A stretch of DNA of 64,000 nt from NCBI GenBank assembly GCA_052148835.1, contig JBKQHJ010000244.1, positions 9,465 through 73,464 on the forward strand, in the 5' to 3' direction. The notes beneath the pieces are model-generated. The model searched no databases. It was not told the origin of the DNA and worked only from the letters and a program-made list of their open reading frames with translations. This DNA is from Bryobacteraceae bacterium. Lineage in GTDB: Bacteria > Acidobacteriota > Terriglobia > Bryobacterales > Bryobacteraceae. A program made the position numbers and the translations under genes. Below, piece by piece: positions 47,744 to 59,300 of this stretch (within the stretch, counting starts at the first letter, position 1; every line of letters starts with the position of its first letter).

Positions 47744-48628
47744 TTACTCGAGGCCGCCGGCACGCGCCAGAGGTCCAAACACCGCCTCTTCGATTGTAGT
47801 AGCCGTGGAGATCCCAACGTAGCGGCCGCTGTTACGCAGGCCGACGCGCTGGATATCGCGGGCGTGGGCGTCGAAGGCTTGCGTGTAGTTGGCGCGGGCC
47901 GCGTCGTCGAAACCGATTTCGAGTGTGGCGCCGGTTTCGGCGTCCGTTAGATCCAGCAATCCATCCCAGGAGGGTGTGCGGTCTTCGTCGGCCCATACCT
48001 GGACCAGAATCAACTCGTGGCCGAAGTCGGCGAGGTATTGCAGCGGACGCTGGCAGCCGGCGTCGTCCAAGAAGTCGGAAATAACGATGAGCAGCCCACG
48101 CTGCGGATATTTGGAGATAAACTCGCGCGCCACTTGAAAGTAGTTGGTGCGTCCGCTGAGCGCGAGCTGTTCGAGAAACTTCACAGCAGGAATGAAGCGA
48201 TGGCGGCCGCCTCCGCACAGAAACGAATCGCCGAGTTCCTCAGCGAAGGGCTGGATACAGATGGTGTCCAGGCGCACCAGACCGACGTAGCACAGGGCCG
48301 CGGCGAGTTTGCGCGCATAGTCGAACTTCGAAATCGCGCCTGTCGACATCGAGTTGCTGCAATCGAGCAGAATGCGGACGGGAGTGCGCGGCTCCACTTG
48401 GAACATTTTCAGAAACAGTTTTTCCAAGCGCAGGTACGCGCGCCAATTCACGGCGCGCAGATCGTCGCCATGATGGAACTGGCGATGATCGAGAAACTCC
48501 TGGCCGGGACCGGCGAAGTGCGAGATGTTGTGGCCGCCGACCAGGCCGGGGAACGACTTTTGCCAGCGGATCGCGAGGCGCTCGAGCTTCTCGAGGAAGG
48601 CGCTGTCAATTAATGGATCGGTTTTCAC
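47744..48628 (-). CDS. DUF58-family protein (vWA-like, MoxR partner)
   Basis: 294 aa. The segment FLDHRQFHHGDDLRAVNWRAYLR is the typical DUF58 signature. GTG start. Confidence 0.85.
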   Translation of the reverse strand: MKTDPLIDSAFLEKLERLAIRWQKSFPGLVGGHNISHFAGPGQEFLDHRQFHHGDDLRAVNWRAYLRLEKLFLKMFQVEPRTPVRILLDCSNSMSTGAISKFDYARKLAAALCYVGLVRLDTICIQPFAEELGDSFLCGGGRHRFIPAVKFLEQLALSGRTNYFQVAREFISKYPQRGLLIVISDFLDDAGCQRPLQYLADFGHELILVQVWADEDRTPSWDGLLDLTDAETGATLEIGFDDAARANYTQAFDAHARDIQRVGLRNSGRYVGISTATTIEEAVFGPLARAGGLE

Positions 48629-48653
48629 TTGACGCTTCTTACTTGACGTTTTT

Positions 48654-49646
<993 letters not shown>

Positions 49647-49725
49647 GTTCTTATTTTAGCGGTGACAGGTTGTTACTGCTCGGGTGTCCTGTACTATAGG
49701 TCTTGTACTATAGCAGCAAGGCGTC

Positions 49726-50154
49726 ATGTCGCAAAACAATTCGTCCAGCGATCGCACAAAACAGCGGCTCACCGACCTGCGCAACGGCTTGCTTAGCCTC
49801 CACAAAACGCTACTCGATTCCGAGCGGGCCACGTACGAGCGCGACATTGCCCGCATCAGCTCGAGCGGCGAGTTATTAAAACTGGTGCTGTACGATCCGT
49901 GGTTTGCGTGGTTGCACGAACTGTCGGAATTTGTGGTGCTGATCGACGAGACGCTGGATGACGAGGAGCCGCCAGGCGGCATCGACGCCGAACGATTCAT
50001 CGAGCAGTCCAAGTATCTGCTGGCACCGAACGAGACGGGCAGCGGATTTGCGAGACGTTATTTTGAGGCGCTGCAGCGCGATCCGGACGTAGTACTGGCC
50101 CACGCCCGAATGCGCAAGGTTCTGACGGGTTTGATGGATCCCGCTGGAGGTTAG
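49726..50154 (+). CDS. hypothetical protein
   Basis: 142-aa ORF with non-biased composition. No family recognised. Confidence 0.5.
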   Translation: MSQNNSSSDRTKQRLTDLRNGLLSLHKTLLDSERATYERDIARISSSGELLKLVLYDPWFAWLHELSEFVVLIDETLDDEEPPGGIDAERFIEQSKYLLAPNETGSGFARRYFEALQRDPDVVLAHARMRKVLTGLMDPAGG

Positions 50155-50903
50155 CTGGGAGACTCAGCTTTTCGGCTCAGGTCCTCGGCAAGAATAATGG
50201 CCTCGGCGAGTTCCTTCATGGGACGGCGCAGGCGCCGGCTCTCGTTGCGAAGGCGCAAATAAGCCTCTTCCTCCGTGAGGCTGTGGCGCTGTTGCAAGAT
50301 GCCTTTGGCGCGTTCAACCAATTTGCGCGTCTCCAGTTGGCGCTTCATCTCCAGGGTTTCTTCCATGAGGCGCGCGTTGGTTTCCGACAGGCTCGATTTG
50401 GCGACCGCGCCGCCCATCTGCTCGCCGATGAAAGTCAACAACGAGATCTCCTCGCCATTGTGATTGTGAATTTGGCGATGGTGCACGTTGATGACCCCGA
50501 TGACATCGCCCCCGCTTACGAGCGGAACCGACAGGAAGGCTTCATAGGTGTCTTCGATCAAGACTTGGAAGCGTTTGAAGCGCGCGTCAGCGCCCGCTTT
50601 GGAAGACAGCGCCACAACGGATTTGTGCTCCGCCACCCATCCAGTGACGCCTTCGCCGACCTTCATGCGTAAGGTTCCGAGCGCGGCCGCGTGAGGCACT
50701 TGCGAGGCGCGCAAAACCACTTCGTCGGTATCGCGATCCAAGAGGTACACTAGACAGGCATCGCAGTCAGTTACTTGAACAGTAAGGCCGACGATCTCTC
50801 CGAGCATTTCGTCAAGTGACAGCTCTGAGCTCACAATATTGCTAATGCGGTGCAGCAAAGCGACATGCGAACCCACGGGCTCCATAATGTGAACGGTTGC
50901 CAT
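50151..50903 (-). CDS. GAF + ANTAR domain RNA-binding regulator
   Basis: N-terminal GAF-like domain and C-terminal ANTAR (LETRKLVERAKGILQQRHSLTEEEAYLRLRNESRRLRRPMKELAEAII). Confidence 0.85.
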   Translation of the reverse strand: MATVHIMEPVGSHVALLHRISNIVSSELSLDEMLGEIVGLTVQVTDCDACLVYLLDRDTDEVVLRASQVPHAAALGTLRMKVGEGVTGWVAEHKSVVALSSKAGADARFKRFQVLIEDTYEAFLSVPLVSGGDVIGVINVHHRQIHNHNGEEISLLTFIGEQMGGAVAKSSLSETNARLMEETLEMKRQLETRKLVERAKGILQQRHSLTEEEAYLRLRNESRRLRRPMKELAEAIILAEDLSRKAESPS

Positions 50904-51060
50904 AATTCAGCGTATGCGACGCACCGAACGCGGTCCAATCGAAAATTCCTATGGAGTCGATTGGCGCAGAGTCAAGGGCAGTAAACCCATTGAAACAGCG
51001 GGGGTTGGCACGAGATGTAACCTGGCCGGGCAAGCCGCAACACCAAGTGGATCCTCTTCA

Positions 51061-52242
51061 TCAAATATTAACGAGTTTCTGCTGGACTTCGCCGGTAATT
51101 CGCGCCTCGTTTGCGCCCACATAAACGTTGACCTCCGAGCGAATACCAAATTCGGGCAGATAGATGCCGGGCTCGACAGAGAAGCAAGTTCCCGCGATGA
51201 CTCTGCGCTCGTCATGCGTCTCGAGGTTATCCATGTTAGCGCCCGTGCCATGCACTTCCTCGCCGATGGAGTGGCCGGTGCGATGAACGAAGTAATCGCC
51301 GAAGCCGCGATCCTTAATATAGGTCCGGGCGGCATCATCGACCTCAAAACCTTGCAGGACCTCGCCGCGTCGGATGGCGCCCTGGACACGCTGGATGGCG
51401 CGATCGCGAGCGTCACGCACTACTTCGAAAATGTTCTGGAGAGCGGCGGGCGGCGTGCTGCCGCAATAACCGGTCCAAGTAATGTCATAGTACACGGCGG
51501 AAGGGCGATCGAGCTTGGCCCACATGTCGATCAGAACGGCGTCGCCGGCGTGAATCTCGCGGCTGCCTTGCGGGCCTGGTTCATAGTGCGGATCCGACAT
51601 GTTGGCGTTGACGGCGACGATGGGCCCATGATCGGTGACCAAGCCGGAACCTTCGAAGCCGGCTCGGATGAAGCGATTCACGTCCCACTCCGTTAGGACG
51701 CGACCGGCGGCGAGGGTGGCGGCGATTTTCTGGAACGCATCGGCGCGAATTCGGTCGACGCGGCAGCCGGCTTCCAGGTGCATCTCCAATTGCTCGGCCG
51801 TCCAGCGAGCTTCGAAGAGCTGTACGAGATTGGCGGAAGTGGCGATCTCGACACCCGCGCTTCGAACTAATTCGAGCGTTCCGCCATCCACTAGCGACAC
51901 ATAAGGAATGGCGCAGTTGGGCGAATATTGCATGGCGATCCTGCGGCAGCCGGCGACCAATTGGCGGATGCCATCCAACTGAGCAGTCCAACTGGAATAT
52001 TTGCGGACGTTACCGGGCAGCCCGGCCAGGGCCGCGGGTTCGACGGCATGGACCAAGCCCCTCGGTTCGCCATAAGCGGGAATAAAGTAATACCAACGTC
52101 GAGTGGCCACCGCTTTCGGGTTCAGTTTGAGAATTCGATAGGCCAGGGGATCGCGCTGGTGATGGTCAAAGAACAGCCAGCCATCCAAATGTTCCTCTCG
52201 GAGCGCGGCTTGAATTTCCTCGATATGCATGGAAGAACTCAT
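51061..52242 (-). CDS. M24-family Xaa-Pro aminopeptidase/creatinase-like metallopeptidase
   Basis: The start was set at ATG 52242 (ATGA overlap with the Wzt stop). Metal ligands lie in HRTGHSIG...E...E context with a creatinase-like N-terminal domain. Confidence 0.85.
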   Translation of the reverse strand: MSSSMHIEEIQAALREEHLDGWLFFDHHQRDPLAYRILKLNPKAVATRRWYYFIPAYGEPRGLVHAVEPAALAGLPGNVRKYSSWTAQLDGIRQLVAGCRRIAMQYSPNCAIPYVSLVDGGTLELVRSAGVEIATSANLVQLFEARWTAEQLEMHLEAGCRVDRIRADAFQKIAATLAAGRVLTEWDVNRFIRAGFEGSGLVTDHGPIVAVNANMSDPHYEPGPQGSREIHAGDAVLIDMWAKLDRPSAVYYDITWTGYCGSTPPAALQNIFEVVRDARDRAIQRVQGAIRRGEVLQGFEVDDAARTYIKDRGFGDYFVHRTGHSIGEEVHGTGANMDNLETHDERRVIAGTCFSVEPGIYLPEFGIRSEVNVYVGANEARITGEVQQKLVNI

Positions 52243-53516
52243 AAAGTAAGACTGCTGGGTTCCCGATGAGCCGACGGGACAATTCTTTGGTGGCGCACGC
52301 GCGTATTCAAGTTGAGCACGCCCGCGACGTCCTTGGTGTCCTCGACGCGGAAGTCGAGCACATCGTCGAGCCAATCCTGGCTGAGCCCATTCCAATACTG
52401 GACGGCAACGGTGACTGTGTATTCCTGGCGGCTGAGCAAGCAATCCAATTCGAACTCGACTTCGATTTCCTCGCCGGGCTCAAAACGCCCAAGCTCGACG
52501 CGTTCCAGGCGAGTGTTAGTTCCAAAAATGTCCATGCCGATGCGATTACGCACCAGAATGCCCACCACGGGGTTCGAGACAGGCTTTTGAAACATCGCGC
52601 GGATGCGAAGCGTGATGGCGTCTCCGGGGCGGAAAGCGCGGCAGTTCTCGCCCAGGGAGTTGAGTATCCGCACGTCCGTTACGCGGCTGGCGCCGTCGCC
52701 ATGGCGAAAGCTGGTCTTATTCGATATAGGGCTGCTGGATATTGCAGCGACGGATCCTTCTAGTTGGCTGGCGCTTGGTTCCTGAGTGGCGCGCTCGCGA
52801 TCGAGGACGAAGCCGACGTACTGGTTGACGGCGTCTTTGGGAGCGCCTTGCATAACGATCTTTCCATTCAACATGAATGCGGCGCGATCCGCCAGCCGTT
52901 TGATCAAGCCGAGGTCGTGCGACACCAGAAGCACGGTGACGTTCTTGCGGCGAAGTTCCTCGAACTTTTGAACGCACCGACTGGCGAAAATTGCATCGCC
53001 AACGGCGAGCGCCTCATCGACGATCAGCACCTCGGGGTCGACGTGAATGGCGGTCGAAAACGCGAGCCGAACGTACATGCCAGTGGAGTACTCTTTGACC
53101 GGCCGATCGATGAATTGACCGATTTCCGCGAAAGCCTCGATACGCGGAAACACATCGTTCAATTCCCGGCGTGACAATCCAAGGATCTCGCCGTTGAGAT
53201 ACACGTTTTCACGGCCGCTAAATTCAGGATTAAAACCGGCGCCCAGTTCCAAGAGCGCCGCAACGCGGCCGGAGCATAGAACGCGGCCCGTGGTCGGTTG
53301 CAGAATCCCGCTGATCACCTGCAGCAGGGTACTCTTACCGGATCCGTTCGGTCCAAGCACCGCGAATACCTCACCCTTTTCAACGCGCAGGTTGATGTCG
53401 CGGAGAGCCCAGAACTCGGCCTTCTTCTTTCTGGATAAGGCTAACGCGCCCAGGACACGATCGAAGGGATGGTGGTAAAGATGGTAGACCTTCGATACAT
53501 TTTGTACGGAAATCAC
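52239..53516 (-). CDS. Wzt/TagH-type polysaccharide-export ABC ATPase with C-terminal Wzt_C-like domain; no partner permease in window
   Basis: Walker A GPNGSGKST, signature YSTGM and Walker B LIVDEA. A C-terminal extension of about 170 aa resembles the glycan-binding Wzt C domain. GTG start. Confidence 0.85.
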   Translation of the reverse strand: MISVQNVSKVYHLYHHPFDRVLGALALSRKKKAEFWALRDINLRVEKGEVFAVLGPNGSGKSTLLQVISGILQPTTGRVLCSGRVAALLELGAGFNPEFSGRENVYLNGEILGLSRRELNDVFPRIEAFAEIGQFIDRPVKEYSTGMYVRLAFSTAIHVDPEVLIVDEALAVGDAIFASRCVQKFEELRRKNVTVLLVSHDLGLIKRLADRAAFMLNGKIVMQGAPKDAVNQYVGFVLDRERATQEPSASQLEGSVAAISSSPISNKTSFRHGDGASRVTDVRILNSLGENCRAFRPGDAITLRIRAMFQKPVSNPVVGILVRNRIGMDIFGTNTRLERVELGRFEPGEEIEVEFELDCLLSRQEYTVTVAVQYWNGLSQDWLDDVLDFRVEDTKDVAGVLNLNTRVRHQRIVPSAHREPSSLTL

Positions 53517-53560
53517 GACTAAGCTTCACTGTACCGCGGACGTGCGACGTGGCGCTAGAG

Positions 53561-56326
53561 CTAGCCGAGTTGTGCGCTTCGCCGCATTCCGCGCGAGAGA
53601 GGTAGCGGGTAACCGATCAGACACAGTTGATCGAGTGCAAAAAGAACGACGGATTCGAATCCTTCTCCCTCGGCAAGTCTCACCTCTTTGAGCCAAGCCG
53701 TAGACGAATCGCTGACACCCACTAAATGACTCCGCTGTGAGGGCGTGAACCCAAGACTGTTCACCGAATTCATCGATAAGTAGCTCTGGCCTAAGTTGCG
53801 ATCGTAAGTATAAGTGAAGCTCTCTGTCTTCAAGCAATTCAGATTGGCAGGAGTCCAGTCATTGGTTGGATAGTTAATGACCTGAGTAAGAGGGAACGCA
53901 TTCACGTCGGGAGGATAAAGCACTTCGAACCTGCAGCTTGGATACGTAACCCGAACGAATGCGCGGATCTGGGCGGTGAAGCTGCCGATCAAGCTGGGCA
54001 GAAATGCAGTTTCCTGTGGAACCGTTGTGGGGACGACGGTGTTGCTGGTGATTACGGTCATTGGACGGCCATACTGCGTTTGAAATGTGGTGGTGGTGTA
54101 AGCATCGTAGAAAGGCATGCCCGAACCGTCGTCAGGAAAATACCACCACTGCACTTCGCCAAACTGCAGATACGGCGTTAACCCCGCGGCGTTCATCACG
54201 GTCGCCATGTCCAAATACACTTGCTGCCAAAAAGCCAGACTCGTTGGCGAGAAATTAGTTTGTAGCGCGGGAGTGCTAACGATTACGGCAACCCCATCGG
54301 GATAACGTTGCGCGATACCGGCGGCTACCGAAGGATCGCCGTTTCCAAGTTCCGTGCTAAATGACGCGGTCGCGTCGAATCCATAGCCCCGAAGGGCTTG
54401 ACAATAGCTTTGCGTCCAGTCGCGCACTGCTCGGTTGATGCGAGGCATGGCCTCCAGATCGGTGTACCAATTGCCGTCCACGCCGCCTGAGAATGTATTC
54501 ACTCCGGAGGTCGTGGCGATCCCAGACAACGTGATCGTCAAGTTCGTGGTGTTGGCACTGGTCGCGATCGTGATGGTATTGCCATCCGTACCCATCGCTC
54601 GCGAATAGATGGTGAGTTGACTGCCACTGGCCTGCGCCCATATCCCTGTATATCCGTTATTCAATAGAAGCACAAAGGCCGTCGCCAGGGTTTCGGTGGT
54701 GTCCCCGATGAGATTCAGATGCTCGATCGTAGTGTCCGTCGAGGACGGCTGGCCGTAAGTGCCCAAAATAATTTGCGTAATCAGATTCGGGTCCGGAGAC
54801 CCGGAAAACGTTATGGTCGCGGATGCATATTGCTGGCCCACGCATGTTAGTTCATAAAACCACAATGCACCTACATAGTGATTCACCCGAGCCTGAAAGC
54901 CGAGCGAATAAATCATCCACGCCGTGCGTTCCGGCGCCAGTGCTTGGGAATGCAATGTATCCCAATCCGTCGCCGCTGTAAGTTTCGCCTCATTCGTCTC
55001 AGTGGGTAGCATGGTGGCAGGAACCGCGATTTCGAAAAAGTCAAAATAGAAATACGTACCGCTGCCGCCATTATGCGTTGCCGTGACGGTGTGCGTGCCC
55101 GATGCTAGCTGGCCCAATAAAGTGCGGATAAGAACGTCTTCGCCGGGAACATTCAGGTTTACAGCAATCGCACTTCCTCCATCCACAACAACGGAGATTA
55201 GCGTGCCGGAGTCCGCCAGCCTGGTTCCTAAGTACAGCGAGTGAGACTGCGAGAACGTGTAAGTACAGCTAACACTAGATTCGGGCAAGCTGGTGTAATG
55301 AATGGTGCCGCCGGAAAAGTTTCCGCCCGAGCTGGCCCAGGTACCCACATAAACCAATTGATTCGAATCGTCCTCTATGCGCTGACTGCCAGGTCCGGCA
55401 ATCGAGTATTCCTGCCCACTGCCGCTGACGGTCCAATTGGATACCACTACCTGAAACTCACTTCGAACGAAAACGCCAGCTTGCAATGGCGCCGAATAAG
55501 TCCATCGCAGCTTCCGGATCGCCGTGGCTGGAACGAGTCCGAGCGCGGGATCTGATAGAGTCGCGAAGGGCAGCGTAATTTGCCACTGCGTTGGCGACGT
55601 ACCGCCAGCAAAAAGTCTCCACGGCGCGTCCCACTGCTCTGTTTGGCTGCCCGAAACGTAAGTATAGGCGCCGATGGAATTTCCGTTTGCTCCCGTCGTG
55701 CTGATTGTCGGGCGACCCGCACCGACATACGTAATCGTGATCGTAGCGCCGTCGGCAGTAGCTGTCATCGTCGGCGAAAAAGCATTGATCCCCGCGACAA
55801 TGTTTTGAATCGCGAAAGCCACCGTGTCGCCGGGGTTCATCTGATATGGATAGTGCTCTGACAAGAATCCGATTCCGACATAGTCCTCAGCCGTTACGGT
55901 TCCACTCAAAGTGAATTGAACCGTGGCGGATTGATAGCTGCCCGCGACGGGAGTCGCATAACTCGGACTCGCAAGAGGGATCTGGTAAATTTGTTCCCCG
56001 CTCCCACTATTGGCCCAGATTCTAAGAGTAGGCCAGGCAACCGTGGGATACAAATCGGAATCCAGCGGGATGCAGTTGTTTCTTGTCTCCTGATAACTTA
56101 GTGTCAGGCCACTGAGATCGCCGTCGGGAAGATAGCGAAATGCGGGATGTTCAAATACGTTGTCGCGGTTCCATTCGATCACCGCCCAATCAAATTGCTG
56201 GCGCCAGGTGCCGGAGACGGTAAATCCCGTCGCGCTTGTTGCGCTTAGTGCTGCGACTGCTGATGGCTCGAAGAAGTAGCATTGCAGATCCCGGTCGGGT
56301 TGCAGCTTTTGCAGAATTTCGGACAT
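53561..56326 (-). CDS. distal tail/receptor-binding-type protein, possibly with carbohydrate-binding and TIM-barrel-like (GTA_TIM-like) domains
   Basis: 921 aa, last gene of the tail module. The mid-region (YVGTWASSGGNFSGGTIHYTS...THTVTATHNGGSGTYFYFDFFEI) resembles CBM/jelly-roll modules. The C-terminal half (..LQFGEVQWWYF..) is reminiscent of the RcGTA g15 TIM-barrel-like domain. Assignments are weak. Confidence 0.55.
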   Translation of the reverse strand: MSEILQKLQPDRDLQCYFFEPSAVAALSATSATGFTVSGTWRQQFDWAVIEWNRDNVFEHPAFRYLPDGDLSGLTLSYQETRNNCIPLDSDLYPTVAWPTLRIWANSGSGEQIYQIPLASPSYATPVAGSYQSATVQFTLSGTVTAEDYVGIGFLSEHYPYQMNPGDTVAFAIQNIVAGINAFSPTMTATADGATITITYVGAGRPTISTTGANGNSIGAYTYVSGSQTEQWDAPWRLFAGGTSPTQWQITLPFATLSDPALGLVPATAIRKLRWTYSAPLQAGVFVRSEFQVVVSNWTVSGSGQEYSIAGPGSQRIEDDSNQLVYVGTWASSGGNFSGGTIHYTSLPESSVSCTYTFSQSHSLYLGTRLADSGTLISVVVDGGSAIAVNLNVPGEDVLIRTLLGQLASGTHTVTATHNGGSGTYFYFDFFEIAVPATMLPTETNEAKLTAATDWDTLHSQALAPERTAWMIYSLGFQARVNHYVGALWFYELTCVGQQYASATITFSGSPDPNLITQIILGTYGQPSSTDTTIEHLNLIGDTTETLATAFVLLLNNGYTGIWAQASGSQLTIYSRAMGTDGNTITIATSANTTNLTITLSGIATTSGVNTFSGGVDGNWYTDLEAMPRINRAVRDWTQSYCQALRGYGFDATASFSTELGNGDPSVAAGIAQRYPDGVAVIVSTPALQTNFSPTSLAFWQQVYLDMATVMNAAGLTPYLQFGEVQWWYFPDDGSGMPFYDAYTTTTFQTQYGRPMTVITSNTVVPTTVPQETAFLPSLIGSFTAQIRAFVRVTYPSCRFEVLYPPDVNAFPLTQVINYPTNDWTPANLNCLKTESFTYTYDRNLGQSYLSMNSVNSLGFTPSQRSHLVGVSDSSTAWLKEVRLAEGEGFESVVLFALDQLCLIGYPLPLSRGMRRSAQLG

Positions 56327-56338
56327 GCCTCAAAATGT

Positions 56339-59300
56339 TTACAGTCGAATCGTGACCGTCAAGTTGCTACCAGGCGCCGTGTTTGACGTCTGAACCACGG
56401 ATGTAATGTTCAGACCAATGATTGCCTGAGCCTGCAAAGGTCCGAGCGCAAAGCCATCCACATCGTTAGACACAGTCGCGCCCGTTGGAATAGTAAGTTC
56501 GCAGTAGACTTGGCCGTTCTGGGTCACTTGCATGATGACAGGCGCTCCCGAAGGTGCGTCTTGCACCACGGCATAAACATCCCGCACCGAACAAGTTGTC
56601 TCCACTAAAAGTGGTGGCGCCGCGTTGGTCTGAATTGCCAGGGCGCCCTCCACTTGAATTGTCAGTTGTCCTCCCAAGAGACTTCGAAGACCCAAATCCG
56701 TCGTGCTTGTGAACGATTCGGCGGCGACGCTGCTGTTACCCCGCGAATTCGTCATGAATAACCCCGCGGCCGCAATCCGAACGTCGGGAATCGTGATCGG
56801 AAATGCGTAACTCCCGCTCGCCGGACTCCCAAACAAGTCCTGCGCAAATGACATGACGAAGATCTTTTCCGCAAGAAAGTACACCCCCGTTAAAGCGGTA
56901 TGTGCCACAGCAGTCGTGCCATAAGTAGCGCGAGTAACAGACACACTAGTGCCACTGGTCAGGCTTTGCTGAACAACCATAACTTCAGCGTCTATCTGCA
57001 CTAAGGCGCCGCTCACCGCCGATACCGCTGTCGCCACCGTGAAAGACGTATCGGTTGCGGCCATCGGAGCGCTAAGCAAAACCGTAGAAGGCCCTTGCAG
57101 CTCATCCCAATAAGCGAGCGTCAAGGTGCCGGCGCTGATCGATCGCGTATTAGTCAAGTCGGAAAAACCGATCCCGAGTACCTCAATGCTGCCAGCCCCG
57201 ATTGGATAGAGGCCAAATATCGGCTGGCCTGGAACGTCGGTGTCCAGAGCTTGGCCGGTAGCGCCCAAAATTGTCCATCGAGTTAGTGGTGACAATTCGT
57301 AAGCGCACTCCTCGTCCATCACATTCGCAGCGCGCCCGGAAACATCAATTGTCACGCCTTCTCGATTCGGAACTGTAAAGCTCACCGGCGACGCATTACT
57401 CGAAGCTCCAAACTGCCAAGTGGACTCCGCTATCAGGAAGAAACTCGTAGCGTCCGGTGCCACGCTCCATTGCCGCGTGATCGTGAGAGTACTCGCAGTG
57501 TTGGATGCGACCGTTTGTTCCTGACCTACTCCAGTGCCTGCCGTGATTCGCACTGTTGCGCCGTTGTAAAGACTCGGCACCATGTTCAGTGTGCTATTGC
57601 CAACGGTCGTTCCCGAAAATATATTCGCTTGCTCGGGTGGTTGGAGTTCCAAGCGCCAATAGAAATTGGCGTGATCGTAATTGTAGTCCGGAGGCCCTTG
57701 CAACGACGCGCCGAATCCCGAATCCACAAATTGGGCGGCAATTGGCACACCACTCGCGATTCGCAAGATCTGCGTAGGATTAAAACCCCGATAAACATTG
57801 AAAGAGCTGGCTGTGGACGAAACACTGAGACTTACAAGGGTAACCGTATTTGTGCTCGTTCCAGCTGGGACACTCGCCATGGCAACAAATGAGAGGCCAC
57901 CCTCGGCTCCGTTCGCATCCACCGCGCTAATTGCGTAATAGAAAACTAGTCCGCCTGGCAAGGTTCCGCCGCTGTTGTTCACCTGAGGATTGAGCCCGAT
58001 CAGAGGAATGCCTGCCAAACTTGCTTGTGGTTCTGCCGGAACAGAAAAGGAAACCGACAAATTCTCGGTAACCGTGCCATCCGTGCCCGTGGTTGATGTT
58101 TCGGCAATCCCAAACTGTTCCACGCCGTTGCTATCCAGAAGGCTACCCACTAGTGGCCTGGGCAGCCCCAGTTCGAAGTCGGGCTGACGCCCCAAAGTAG
58201 CTGAATCCGAGTTGACAGCGGTGTACCAAGCGTCGTCGTGAATCTGTGCAGTGATCACGACCGTAAGAAAGTTGACTCCGGGGGATAGCTTGCTAATTCG
58301 GAACGGCTGACGGCTGAAGCCCTCCCGTGCGTACGTAAGGGTAATGATGTCGCCCGGTGCAAGGCCGACGCCTTTTACGCTTGTCTCAAATTCTATGTAC
58401 GTATTGCCATAAACCGACTTATATAATTGAAGCGCTGTTGCCCGATTGGCTTGATCGAAATTCGGCAGGCCGAGTGCCGTCAACGAAGCTGTAACATCTT
58501 GCCCTGTTATCACGAGATCATCGACGGCCACTAACGATAGGCTGTCTTGTTGATAGTCATTGAATTCATCCTGGAACTCGACGGTATAGTGATTCGGCGT
58601 ATTGGCTGTGCTCGTCGTTGTCACCGTCACTGATGACGCACCGTTCGCGTTGCGTGCGATCCCTGAAAAAGTGCTGTCGTCGCTAAATTCGTAAGCAGGC
58701 CATCCGCCGTCGAGGACTTCCGTGCTATTACTGCCAGGCGGCATCGTTGGTTGTTGGTTCGCCAGAGTATCTTCAGCGTTCAATTGAACCAGGCCATTGG
58801 AATCACAGTTTAGGTACAGCGCCGACCCGTTCCGAATGCCTCGAACCACATCCCCCGCACTCCGGCGGTTTGTCAGTAAAAGATTACATTGATAACGAGG
58901 AATCGTAGTGCTATTCCCGTTGACGTCCACGGTAGGGATGAGCGCATCGCATCTTGCGGCCGCCGCCCCGAAACTTCCGAGATTTAAGAGCGTCTGCTCC
59001 CAACCACTGCGCAATAGAACATCCAACATCACCCAGGCTGCATTGTTAGTGTAGACCGTATTCTCATAATTGCCGCTGGTGTCGAATTGCGCAAGCTGAA
59101 GCCCTTGAATCAGGACATCGATGACCGGGAGTGATGTCCCATTGGAAATCCAATTGGGTACGACGACCGACATAAATGCCATGCTGCCGTATGGATCGCC
59201 CAACGGCTGTCCGGCAGAATTGCTGAAGTCCGGATTGAAGGCGCCATTTCTGGTTCCGTAACTAATGACGTTGTACCAGCCCGTCGCCGTCATATTCGTC

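Noticed and set aside
53517-53560. Phage attachment site or terminator in the 45-nt gap between the tail module and the Wzt gene.
   Set aside because: No hairpin with a U-tract and no repeat could be matched, since the other end of the element is outside the window. It cannot be evaluated here.
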